64,000 bases of DNA from Patescibacteria group bacterium (lineage in GTDB: Bacteria > Patescibacteriota > Microgenomatia > UBA8517): assembly GCA_035291665.1 (NCBI GenBank), contig DATDRP010000006.1, positions 74,961 to 138,960 of the forward strand, written 5' to 3'. Position numbers and translations under genes: made by a program. Shown here in pieces: positions 17,840 through 25,712 of this stretch. Numbering within the stretch: the stretch's first letter is position 1; each line of letters opens with the position of its first letter. The notes beneath the pieces are model-generated. The model did not search any database and was not told the origin of the DNA. It saw nothing but the letters and a program-made list of their open reading frames with translations.

Positions 17840-19483
17840 ATGTCTTTACGATTTATTGCACTTTCAGGAACAATCAGTGTTACTGAAAATTTATACATTT
17901 ATGAAGCCGAAGGCAAAATGATGATTGTCGATTGCGGCGTGGGATTTCCCGATCTTGAGATGCACGGAGTTGATTTGGTCATACCGGATTTTTCGTATAT
18001 TTTGAAAAATAAAGATAAACTTTCGGGAATTTTGGTTTCCCAGGGCCACGAAGACCACATTGGGGCGCTTCCATTCCTGCTTCGCGAACTGTCAGCTCCG
18101 ATTTATGCAGCGCCATTAGTAACGGAGTTTTTAAAAGATAAGTTTGATGAATATGGAGTAAGAGGAGCCATCATTAACACTTTTAATCCGGATAACGACA
18201 AGTTCGCTATAGGTCCTTTTACAATATATCCTTTTAGGGTTACACATTCGGTACCGGATTCCTGTGGATTTGCAATTGACACACCCGAAGGGAGAATTTT
18301 TCATGTCCCTGAACATAAAATCGATCAAAACCCTGTCGGAGGGATGGGATTTGCTATAGAAAGGGCTAAGGAACTCTCGAATGGCAACAACCTTTTCCTG
18401 GCTTCCGACTGTCTCGGTTCAAATAAACCCGGGTTCACTCCGAACGAACGCCCTATCGAAGATAATATGTTTAAAGTGGCATCAAATGCCCCGCACGCTA
18501 TATTTGCCACTGCAATATCGTCAAACATCGGCCGTTTTCAGCAGATGGTGAATGTTGCACAAAAACTTGGCAGAAAAGTGGTTTTTATCGGAAGGTCGGT
18601 TCAGAAAAAGACTGAGATCGCATTCAATCTTGGACATCTGAAATATCCCAAAGGTTTGGTAGTTGAACTACGTGATGCGTACAATCTTCCCCGAAATAAG
18701 GTTTTCTATATCGTTTCCGGATGTTACGGACAAGTTGGCAGTTCTTTATATAGGATTGCGACTGGTGCTTATGAAAAGCTTGAAATTCAGGAAGGAGATA
18801 TGATGATCTTTTCAGCTGACCCGGCTCCGCCTTATTCCAAAGAAAGTGAGGATTTTGTTATTGACCAACTTATCGATTTAGGAGTGGATGTTCATTATTA
18901 CGATCTGAATGAAGGACTTTATGTATCCGGTCACGGGAGTCAGGAAGATATTACGGAGCTTTTTAGGATTGTAAATCCGAAGTATTTTATACCGATTGGA
19001 GGTTCAGTTCGCTTTATGCATGCGTATAAAAAACTGGTAGGAAAGTTCGGCAGGGACGAGCGCTTGGTTTTTACCCTCAAGCCCGGGGAAAATGTTTACT
19101 TTGAAAACGGTAATGCAAGGCGCGGGGAAAAGGTTGCCTCGAAAGAAATTCTGGTTCACGGTTTAGGTATCGGAGACATCGGAAAAGTAGTTCTTGGCGA
19201 TCGGGCAATATTAGGTAACGAGGGTTTCGTTGTTGTAATTCTAAAGTTTTCAAAGAACGGAAGACTTGTTGACTTACCTGAAATAATCTCAAGAGGTTTT
19301 GTATATGAAAAAATAGAAAAAGCACTTTTGAAAAAAGCTGTAATGGGCATCAAAAGACAAATTGATAAAAAGGCTGGCGATAAAAAACAGCTTCAGCAAA
19401 TTTCGAGGGAATATCTGGAGAGATTCTTCTACCAAAAAACCGGCCGGCGTCCCATGGTTCTTCCTGTCGCAGTTGAAATGTAA
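17840..19483 (+). CDS. rnj: Ribonuclease J (metallo-beta-lactamase / beta-CASP)
   Basis: MBL fold with the GHEDHIGALPFLL motif, a beta-CASP region and a C-terminal domain. 547 aa. The first His of HxHxDH reads Gln (SQGHEDH). Confidence 0.85.
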   Translation: MSLRFIALSGTISVTENLYIYEAEGKMMIVDCGVGFPDLEMHGVDLVIPDFSYILKNKDKLSGILVSQGHEDHIGALPFLLRELSAPIYAAPLVTEFLKDKFDEYGVRGAIINTFNPDNDKFAIGPFTIYPFRVTHSVPDSCGFAIDTPEGRIFHVPEHKIDQNPVGGMGFAIERAKELSNGNNLFLASDCLGSNKPGFTPNERPIEDNMFKVASNAPHAIFATAISSNIGRFQQMVNVAQKLGRKVVFIGRSVQKKTEIAFNLGHLKYPKGLVVELRDAYNLPRNKVFYIVSGCYGQVGSSLYRIATGAYEKLEIQEGDMMIFSADPAPPYSKESEDFVIDQLIDLGVDVHYYDLNEGLYVSGHGSQEDITELFRIVNPKYFIPIGGSVRFMHAYKKLVGKFGRDERLVFTLKPGENVYFENGNARRGEKVASKEILVHGLGIGDIGKVVLGDRAILGNEGFVVVILKFSKNGRLVDLPEIISRGFVYEKIEKALLKKAVMGIKRQIDKKAGDKKQLQQISREYLERFFYQKTGRRPMVLPVAVEM

Positions 19484-19601
19484 AAAACTGGTGAAGTCGG
19501 AACTGATCAATACTTTTTAGGCGGTTTAAGTGAGAACTTCTTTTAATATTTAACCTCCTTTGGGTATAATGAATGTATGAACTAGTTTTGAAATAAGTTC
19601 T

Positions 19602-21743
19602 ATGTCCAAAAAACACCGCCGTTCCAAAAAAACAAAATCCAAAAAAGCATTTCAGCTAAAACTAAAACCGGCAACACTTTATTCAATTGCACAGGTATTT
19701 TTTTATGTTTTAGCAGGACTTACTGTTTTATCATTTTGGCGAAGGGGGTTGGTCCTTATTTATATCAATGATTGGATTGTTAATCTTTTCTCCTGGACAG
19801 CAATATTTTTACCTTTTATTTTTATAACATTCGGCCTTTTGATTTCAAAACTTCGATTACCAATTACCCAACCCAACGTGATGGTTGGCGCACTTCTATT
19901 TTTTGTTTCTTTAATGTCATTTTCGAAAGCAGGAATAATAGGCCAGAGTTTTTTTGACGGGCTTTCCGAGCTAATTACCAATCCCGGAGCATATATTGTT
20001 TTTTTTGGAATGATGATCGTTGGCGGGGTGATTATGTTTAATACATCTCTCGATCAGTTATTTTTATTTCTGGCTGATGTTTATAAAAAATATGTTATAC
20101 GCGGGAGCACCAGGGTAGGCAAGGCTGGGAGTTTCAAAAGTCCTTTAAAAAAGGAACTTAAGGTTGTCGGTGATTCCCCGCTTTCAAATAAACCGCTTTC
20201 AATAAACGAAGCAAAACCGACAAGCTCAAAAGATAATAAGGAATTTTTCGAGAAATCTCCGGATGAGCAGCAATTGGTCAGCAACATCCCGGGTGAGGAA
20301 GCAGTCTGGAAATATCCTCCGATTTCGATTTTTCAGGATACTTCTGGCGGAAAAGCGGACCGCGGGGATATTAAAGGCAACGCGGCCACCATCGAGCAGA
20401 CTCTTGAGTCGTTTGGGATTGCCGCACGGGTAGTTGAAGTAAATCTGGGACCGGCAGTTACGCAGTATGCATTAGAGGTTGCTCTGGGAACAAAACTATC
20501 AAAAATAACAGCACTGGAGCGCGATTTGGCGCTGGCGCTGGCTGCTCCTACCGGAACCATTAGGATAGAAGCACCAATCCCCGGAAGGTCGCTTGTCGGA
20601 ATAGAGCTCCCCAATAAAGCACCTGAGTTTGTTCCGATCAGAAAGATGCTTGAGTCCGATGTGATGAAGGAACAGAAAAGTAAACTTGCAGTATCTTTGG
20701 GATTGGATGTTTCAGGTAAACCGGTTGTCGCAACACTCGCAAAGATGCCGCACGCTCTGGTTGCAGGACAAACGGGTTCAGGTAAAAGTATTTGTTTGAA
20801 TACTTTTTTGGCAACACTTTTATTTCGGGCTTCGCCATCGGAACTTAAGCTTATTTTGGTTGATCCGAAAAGAGTCGAAATGGTTAACTATAACGGCATT
20901 CCGCATCTTTTGTCTCCGGTAATTATTGAACCGGACAAGGTTTTATCGGCGCTTAAATGGTTAATGGGTGAAATGGACCGGAGATATAAGCTTTTTTCTC
21001 AGGCGGGAGTCAGGAATATTGATTCGTATAACGAAATGTCCGGATTTCAGGCTCTTCCGTATATTGTCTTGGTTATCGATGAGCTTGCCGATATTATGCT
21101 TTTTTCACCGGTTGAAGTCGAAGATGCAATAACAAGAATTGCGCAGATGAGCCGTGCGACGGGAATCCATATGATTTTGGCTACTCAGCGTCCGAGTGTT
21201 GATATCATTACGGGTCTTATCAAGGCTAATATCCCGTGTAGAATTGCATTTGCGGTTTCCTCACAGGTGGATTCAAGGGTAGTTCTTGATACTCAAGGGG
21301 CGGAGAAGCTTCTCGGAAAAGGCGATATGTTATATCTTCCTCCTGAACAGGCAAAACCGATTCGTATTCAAGGGGCCTACACAACCGATAAGGATTTGAA
21401 TTCACTTATTTCCTATATCAAAAATCAGGGAGTTCAACCTCAATACACCGAAGAGGTAACATCGATGACAAAAAGAGGAAGCTCAGTCGTCCCGGGATAC
21501 GATGGAGATTTAGATGAGCTTTTCAAGGAAGCGGTAGAAGCTGTATGTCAATACGATAGGGCTTCAGCGTCACTTCTTCAAAGAAGGCTTTCCGTAGGTT
21601 ATGCAAGAGCTGCGCGAATTGTTGATCAACTGGAAGCAGCAGGAGTGATCGGACCCGCTGACGGATCAAAACCACGTGAGGTATTAATTCGAAGCGCGGA
21701 GGAGTTTTTCGCCCAATCCGCCTCAGAACAATCTCAAGAGTAG
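19602..21743 (+). CDS. ftsK: DNA translocase FtsK/SpoIIIE
   Basis: N-terminal TM segments, then a linker, then the motor domain (AGQTGSGKS Walker A, VLVIDELADIM Walker B) and a C-terminal gamma wHTH. Confidence 0.85.
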   Translation: MSKKHRRSKKTKSKKAFQLKLKPATLYSIAQVFFYVLAGLTVLSFWRRGLVLIYINDWIVNLFSWTAIFLPFIFITFGLLISKLRLPITQPNVMVGALLFFVSLMSFSKAGIIGQSFFDGLSELITNPGAYIVFFGMMIVGGVIMFNTSLDQLFLFLADVYKKYVIRGSTRVGKAGSFKSPLKKELKVVGDSPLSNKPLSINEAKPTSSKDNKEFFEKSPDEQQLVSNIPGEEAVWKYPPISIFQDTSGGKADRGDIKGNAATIEQTLESFGIAARVVEVNLGPAVTQYALEVALGTKLSKITALERDLALALAAPTGTIRIEAPIPGRSLVGIELPNKAPEFVPIRKMLESDVMKEQKSKLAVSLGLDVSGKPVVATLAKMPHALVAGQTGSGKSICLNTFLATLLFRASPSELKLILVDPKRVEMVNYNGIPHLLSPVIIEPDKVLSALKWLMGEMDRRYKLFSQAGVRNIDSYNEMSGFQALPYIVLVIDELADIMLFSPVEVEDAITRIAQMSRATGIHMILATQRPSVDIITGLIKANIPCRIAFAVSSQVDSRVVLDTQGAEKLLGKGDMLYLPPEQAKPIRIQGAYTTDKDLNSLISYIKNQGVQPQYTEEVTSMTKRGSSVVPGYDGDLDELFKEAVEAVCQYDRASASLLQRRLSVGYARAARIVDQLEAAGVIGPADGSKPREVLIRSAEEFFAQSASEQSQE

Positions 21744-21758
21744 ACTAACCTACCAAAT

Positions 21759-22382
21759 ATGAAGACAATCGGATTATTTTTGAAAGATGCCCGTTTGAAG
21801 AAAGGTTTAACCCTTAAAAAATTTGAAGAAAAAACAAAGATAAAAAAAAGCTTTCTTCAATATATTGAAACAGAAAAGTGGAATGACCTGCCCGAGTATG
21901 GCGTAGTCAAAGGTTTCGTTAAAAGCATGTCTGATATTTTGGATATCAAAAACGATGTTGCATTTGCACTTTTGAGGAGGGATTATTCATCGAATAAGAA
22001 GGTGGCTGTTAATCCCAAACCGGATCTTAAAATGAAGTTTTCGTGGAGTCCGAAAATAACCGTTTTGGTAGTTGTGGTTTTAGCGATTGTTTCAGTATTG
22101 TCGTATATTGTTTATCAATATATAAATTTCAACCAACCGCCGAAACTCGAATTAGTCCTACCGGTTGAGGACCAGGTTGTTGAAAATTTGGAAGTTGTCG
22201 TAAGCGGCATAACTGATCCTGATGCGGTAGTCATTGCCAACAATCAGCCGATACTTGTTAACAGTGATGGGAATTTTTCGGATACGGTGGAGGTGAAAAA
22301 AGGGGACGAAGAACTTAAGGTTTCCGCCACGTCCCGATCGGGAAAATTTACGGAAATAAGAAGAAGAATAAAAACAAAATAG
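21759..22382 (+). CDS. RodZ-like protein (XRE-type HTH, single TM segment, extracytoplasmic domain)
   Basis: N-terminal HTH (LKDARLKKGLTLKKFEEKTKIKKSFLQYIE), TM segment VLVVVVLAIVSVLSYIVY, and a C-terminal beta-rich domain. Confidence 0.5.
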   Translation: MKTIGLFLKDARLKKGLTLKKFEEKTKIKKSFLQYIETEKWNDLPEYGVVKGFVKSMSDILDIKNDVAFALLRRDYSSNKKVAVNPKPDLKMKFSWSPKITVLVVVVLAIVSVLSYIVYQYINFNQPPKLELVLPVEDQVVENLEVVVSGITDPDAVVIANNQPILVNSDGNFSDTVEVKKGDEELKVSATSRSGKFTEIRRRIKTK

Positions 22383-22434
22383 TCTAAGAAAAAAGTCTAT
22401 GTTTAAGATTTTGTTGTGCAATTTTTTCTTAGAC
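22382..22434. repeat. 13-bp perfect inverted repeat GTCTAAGAAAAAA ... TTTTTTCTTAGAC with a 27-nt spacer
   Basis: Left arm 22382-22394 overlaps the rodZ-like stop codon. Right arm is 22422-22434. Confidence 0.5.
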
Positions 22435-22461
22435 TAACACTTAGGCTTAAACTGATAACTT

Positions 22462-22698
22462 ATGGATGGGGTACAAGTTTTATTAACAGTAGTGGTAGTA
22501 GTTTTGACAGGACTTTTAGTCATTGTCGGAATTCAGGTGGTTTTGGTGATCATCGATCTTCGTAGGGGGTTGAAGAAGCTTAACAGCCTCCTTGACGATT
22601 CTCTTCTTGGGGGAGGATTGATCCGTCCTGATAAAATTACCGGGATTTTGGAAATGTTCCGGAAGAAGAAAAATGTTGAGAAGAGGGGGGAGTATTAG
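22462..22698 (+). CDS. Hypothetical small membrane protein (78 aa)
   Basis: Single strongly hydrophobic N-terminal helix (VLLTVVVVVLTGLLVIVGIQVVLVII). Confidence 0.3.
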   Translation: MDGVQVLLTVVVVVLTGLLVIVGIQVVLVIIDLRRGLKKLNSLLDDSLLGGGLIRPDKITGILEMFRKKKNVEKRGEY

Positions 22699-22727
22699 AA
22701 ACTATTCCCGAAGATTTACATAACTTC

Positions 22728-22741
22728 AACGCATATGCTTT
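22728..22741. promoter_or_regulatory. PaaX-box-like palindrome AACGCATATGCTTT, 10 nt downstream of the PaaX-like stop
   Basis: 13/14 match to the perfect copy at 23568-23581. Confidence 0.4.
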
Positions 22742-22750
22742 GTAATCTTG

Positions 22751-23551
22751 TTAATTATTTTTCAAGATATTTTTGAACAAACGATAAGCTCTATCTCCTT
22801 TCCAATCATATGGAAGTATCTCAAATGGTAACTGTGGATCGTTTCGAAGTATTGCGAGGTATGAAAAAGCGATTTGGTCTTTGGATTTTATTTCCCTACT
22901 TTTAATTAAATTGATAAATCGTTCGTAACTATTATTAAGTTCTTCAAGTCCGTAGACTTTCTCCAGAAGCTCTGACAAATTCAATCCCCCGACGGTTTCA
23001 CCTTTTTCTAATGAAGAAATGAGTATCAGCTCGTTATCAATATTATTTCCTTTAACAAACGACTCAATTAACCCGGTTGGGTTATAAGGAGTAATCCAAA
23101 CGCTTTTTTGTAAGATTCCGCATCCAAGTTTTTTAATGTAATCCCGGAGATTGTCTCTTTCAACATTTTTATCAATAGGAAAATCATATGTAATTAAATA
23201 TATTTTCCCGTCCCAAGTTCTTTTTTTATGATACCTTGGCAGAATTATATTAAGCCTATCTTTTCCTTCCTTTGTAATTGAAGGTAGTGTTAATCCTTCA
23301 TTAATCTTTTGTTTTACGGTCTTGATTAAACCTTTTCGTTTCAAATAATAAACACTTCTTTTGATAGTTTTGTAATTTATTTGCGATATTTTGTCCAAAG
23401 CTTTCTCGCTGGCTCCAAAACCTCTTCCGCTATAGCCGGAAGAGGCAAATTCGATACCATAGAAGATTGAAACTAAAGCCAGATCAACACTTGTTGAAAT
23501 AACACCTTCTGTAATACTTTTCACCTTTTCAGAGATATCTTTCTGACCCAT
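22751..23551 (-). CDS. PaaX-family-like transcriptional regulator
   Basis: N-terminal wHTH region. The hallmark PaaX segment RTWDGKIYLITYDFPIDKNVERDNLRDYIKKLGCGILQKSVWITP compares with E. coli PaaX WDGRWHLVVYSIPE...LGFGQLQQSVWVSP. Confidence 0.55.
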   Translation of the reverse strand: MGQKDISEKVKSITEGVISTSVDLALVSIFYGIEFASSGYSGRGFGASEKALDKISQINYKTIKRSVYYLKRKGLIKTVKQKINEGLTLPSITKEGKDRLNIILPRYHKKRTWDGKIYLITYDFPIDKNVERDNLRDYIKKLGCGILQKSVWITPYNPTGLIESFVKGNNIDNELILISSLEKGETVGGLNLSELLEKVYGLEELNNSYERFINLIKSREIKSKDQIAFSYLAILRNDPQLPFEILPYDWKGDRAYRLFKNILKNN

Positions 23552-23567
23552 ACTATTACAAGTTATT

Positions 23568-23581
23568 AACGCATATGCGTT
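23568..23581. promoter_or_regulatory. Perfect 14-bp palindrome AACGCATATGCGTT, 17 nt upstream of the PaaX-like start codon
   Basis: Perfect dyad. Related copies at 22728 and 17088. Candidate PaaX-like operator. Confidence 0.5.
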
Positions 23582-23587
23582 GATGGG

Positions 23588-23767
23588 TTGTCAATTTTGT
23601 TATTAAGTAATGAATTGTCGATGATAATAAATTGACAAAAAATAGAAAATAATCGGAGAAAGATTTTAATATAAAAACTATATAGACATCACATCTCAAG
23701 ATTGGACTAGAAGTATGATGTCTATAGCATATGTCACATTTTTTTAAGTCCAATATTAAAATGTGAC
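23588..23767. promoter_or_regulatory. Cluster of nested inverted repeats in the alaS upstream region
   Basis: TTGTCAATTT (23588-23597) pairs with AAATTGACAA (23629-23638). TATAGACATCA (23681-23691) pairs with TGATGTCTATA (23716-23726), 11 bp perfect. TTGGACT (23703-09) pairs with AGTCCAA (23747-53). GTCACATTTT (23733-42) pairs with AAAATGTGAC (23758-67). Confidence 0.45.
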
Positions 23768-23808
23768 CTCTGTGGATATAGATAACTATTGAGGATATAA
23801 TTAGGCTC

Positions 23809-25629
23809 ATGAAAGCATCAGATGTCAGGAAAAAATATATTGAGTTTTTCAAAAATCGCGGACATATAGAAATTGAACCGGCTCCACTGGTTTTGGAGAA
23901 TGACCCGACAACGCTTTTTACATCCGCCGGCATGCAGCCTCTTGTACCGTATCTCACCGGTGATCCGTATCCGGGTGGCGCCAGAAGACTTGTAAATTCC
24001 CAACCCTCAATCCGCTTGGGAGATATTGAAGAGGTTGGCGACAACCGCCATACAACCTTTTTTGAAATGCTTGGGAACTGGAGTTTGGGGGATTATTTTA
24101 AAAAAGAACAGCTGCCCTGGATTTTTGAATTTTTTACGGCTGAATTGGGACTTCCCAAGGAAAAGCTTTGGGTTTCGGTTTTTGAAGGAGATGATAAAGT
24201 TCCAAAAGACACCGAGTCTTTTGAAATTTGGGAAAAACTTGGGATTCCTCAGGAAAAAATTATTTATTATCCGGCCAAGAAAAATTGGTGGTCGATGACG
24301 GGAACACCATCTGATATGCAGGTGGGTCATATCGGGGGACCCGATTCAGAGGTCTTTTATGATTTCGGGGAAGATCGTAAATTTCATGAGAATTCACAAT
24401 TTAAAAACGACACCTGCCACCCCAACTGCGACTGCGGAAGGTTTTTGGAAATCGGAAACTCAGTCTTTATTCAGTATAAAAAAGTATCTGATACGGATCT
24501 TGAAGAGCTGCCTCAAAAAAATGTTGATTTTGGAGGCGGGCTTGAAAGAATTACTGCTGCGGTAAATAACACGCCGGACATATTTAATATTGATGTGTTT
24601 AGACCAGCAATAGATAGATTGGAAAAATATTTTGGGAAGGAGTATGGAAAGGAAAAAGAAATTGATGAGATGTACAGAGTAGTTGTTGAACACATCAGAG
24701 CTTCAATTTTTATATTAAATGCAGGTGTTACACCTAGTAACAAACAACAGGGGTATGTTTTAAGAAGATTACTTCGACGCGCTGCTGCAAAGGTATTTAT
24801 TAAAGACAAAACCTTCGATAGTAAAGAATTCAAGTCATTAGCTGAAATAATAATTAGCCAAAATTCAGGAATTATTAAAATTACAAACAAGAAAACCATA
24901 GAAGATCAAATTGTTTATGAGATCGGAAAATTCAGATCAACTATAGAAAGGGGAATGAATGAGGTTAAAAAAGTTGAGAAAATTACGGGACAAACAATGT
25001 TTGATTTGTTCCAATCCTATGGTTTTCCGCCAGAAATTACATTGGAAATTGCTGTTAAAGATAACATAGCAATTGAAGATAATGTGGGAGTAAATTTTGA
25101 AAAGCAAATGGAAGAGCATAAAGAAAAATCCAGAACTTCTTCTGCAGGGGTTTTTAAGGGTGGACTTGCGGATCACTCTGATGAAGTAATAAGATACCAT
25201 ACAGCAACGCATCTTCTTTTGGCATCTCTTCGGAAGGTTCTTGGTGACACTGTTGTCCAAAAAGGCCAAAACATAACGAAAGTTCGCAGCCGTTTTGATT
25301 TTCCGGGGAATGAAAAGTTAGAAGGTGCTCAACTGAAAAATGTGGAAGATATGATTAATGACGTGGTTACAAAAGACCTTCCGGTAAAATCCGTTGTTAT
25401 GTCCAAAGATGAAGCTTTGAAAACCGGTGCAATTCATGCCTTCAATGAAAAGTACGCAGATACGGTCAAGATATACTATGTTGGAGATTCTTTGGACCAA
25501 GCATTCAGTAAGGAATTCTGCGGCGGACCGCATGTTTCCCACACAGGTGAGATCGGGCATGTTAAGATTAGTAAACAGGAAAAGATCGGTGCGGGACTCG
25601 TGAGAGTGTATTTAGTATTAAATAACTAA
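23809..25629 (+). CDS. alaS: Alanine--tRNA ligase, truncated (catalytic, tRNA-recognition and editing domains; no C-Ala domain)
   Basis: Class II core (FTSAGMQPLVPYL), editing-domain motifs HTATHLL and CGGPHV. The ORF ends at 606 aa. Confidence 0.9.
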   Translation: MKASDVRKKYIEFFKNRGHIEIEPAPLVLENDPTTLFTSAGMQPLVPYLTGDPYPGGARRLVNSQPSIRLGDIEEVGDNRHTTFFEMLGNWSLGDYFKKEQLPWIFEFFTAELGLPKEKLWVSVFEGDDKVPKDTESFEIWEKLGIPQEKIIYYPAKKNWWSMTGTPSDMQVGHIGGPDSEVFYDFGEDRKFHENSQFKNDTCHPNCDCGRFLEIGNSVFIQYKKVSDTDLEELPQKNVDFGGGLERITAAVNNTPDIFNIDVFRPAIDRLEKYFGKEYGKEKEIDEMYRVVVEHIRASIFILNAGVTPSNKQQGYVLRRLLRRAAAKVFIKDKTFDSKEFKSLAEIIISQNSGIIKITNKKTIEDQIVYEIGKFRSTIERGMNEVKKVEKITGQTMFDLFQSYGFPPEITLEIAVKDNIAIEDNVGVNFEKQMEEHKEKSRTSSAGVFKGGLADHSDEVIRYHTATHLLLASLRKVLGDTVVQKGQNITKVRSRFDFPGNEKLEGAQLKNVEDMINDVVTKDLPVKSVVMSKDEALKTGAIHAFNEKYADTVKIYYVGDSLDQAFSKEFCGGPHVSHTGEIGHVKISKQEKIGAGLVRVYLVLNN

Positions 25630-25630
25630 T

Positions 25631-25711
25631 GATTCACGCAGATAATTAGCAGATTCACGCAGATAAATTCATCCGTTTTAATCCGCTTTCTATCCGTGTA
25701 AATCGTATCCA
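25631..25711 (+). promoter_or_regulatory. Direct-repeat region: 2 x GATTCACGCAGATAA (21-bp period) followed by 4 x ATCCG/ATCCA (~10-11-bp period)
   Basis: Perfect 15-mers at 25631-25645 and 25652-25666. ATCCG at 25671, 25681 and 25692. ATCCA at 25707. This is directly upstream of the ORF at 25713. Confidence 0.45.
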
Positions 25712-25712
25712 T

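Noticed and set aside
23588-23808. Possible T-box riboswitch in front of alaS.
   Set aside because: The region is only ~220 nt and no T-box consensus or specifier-loop/antiterminator arrangement is visible. The structure is dominated by DNA-style perfect dyads, which are more consistent with protein operators.
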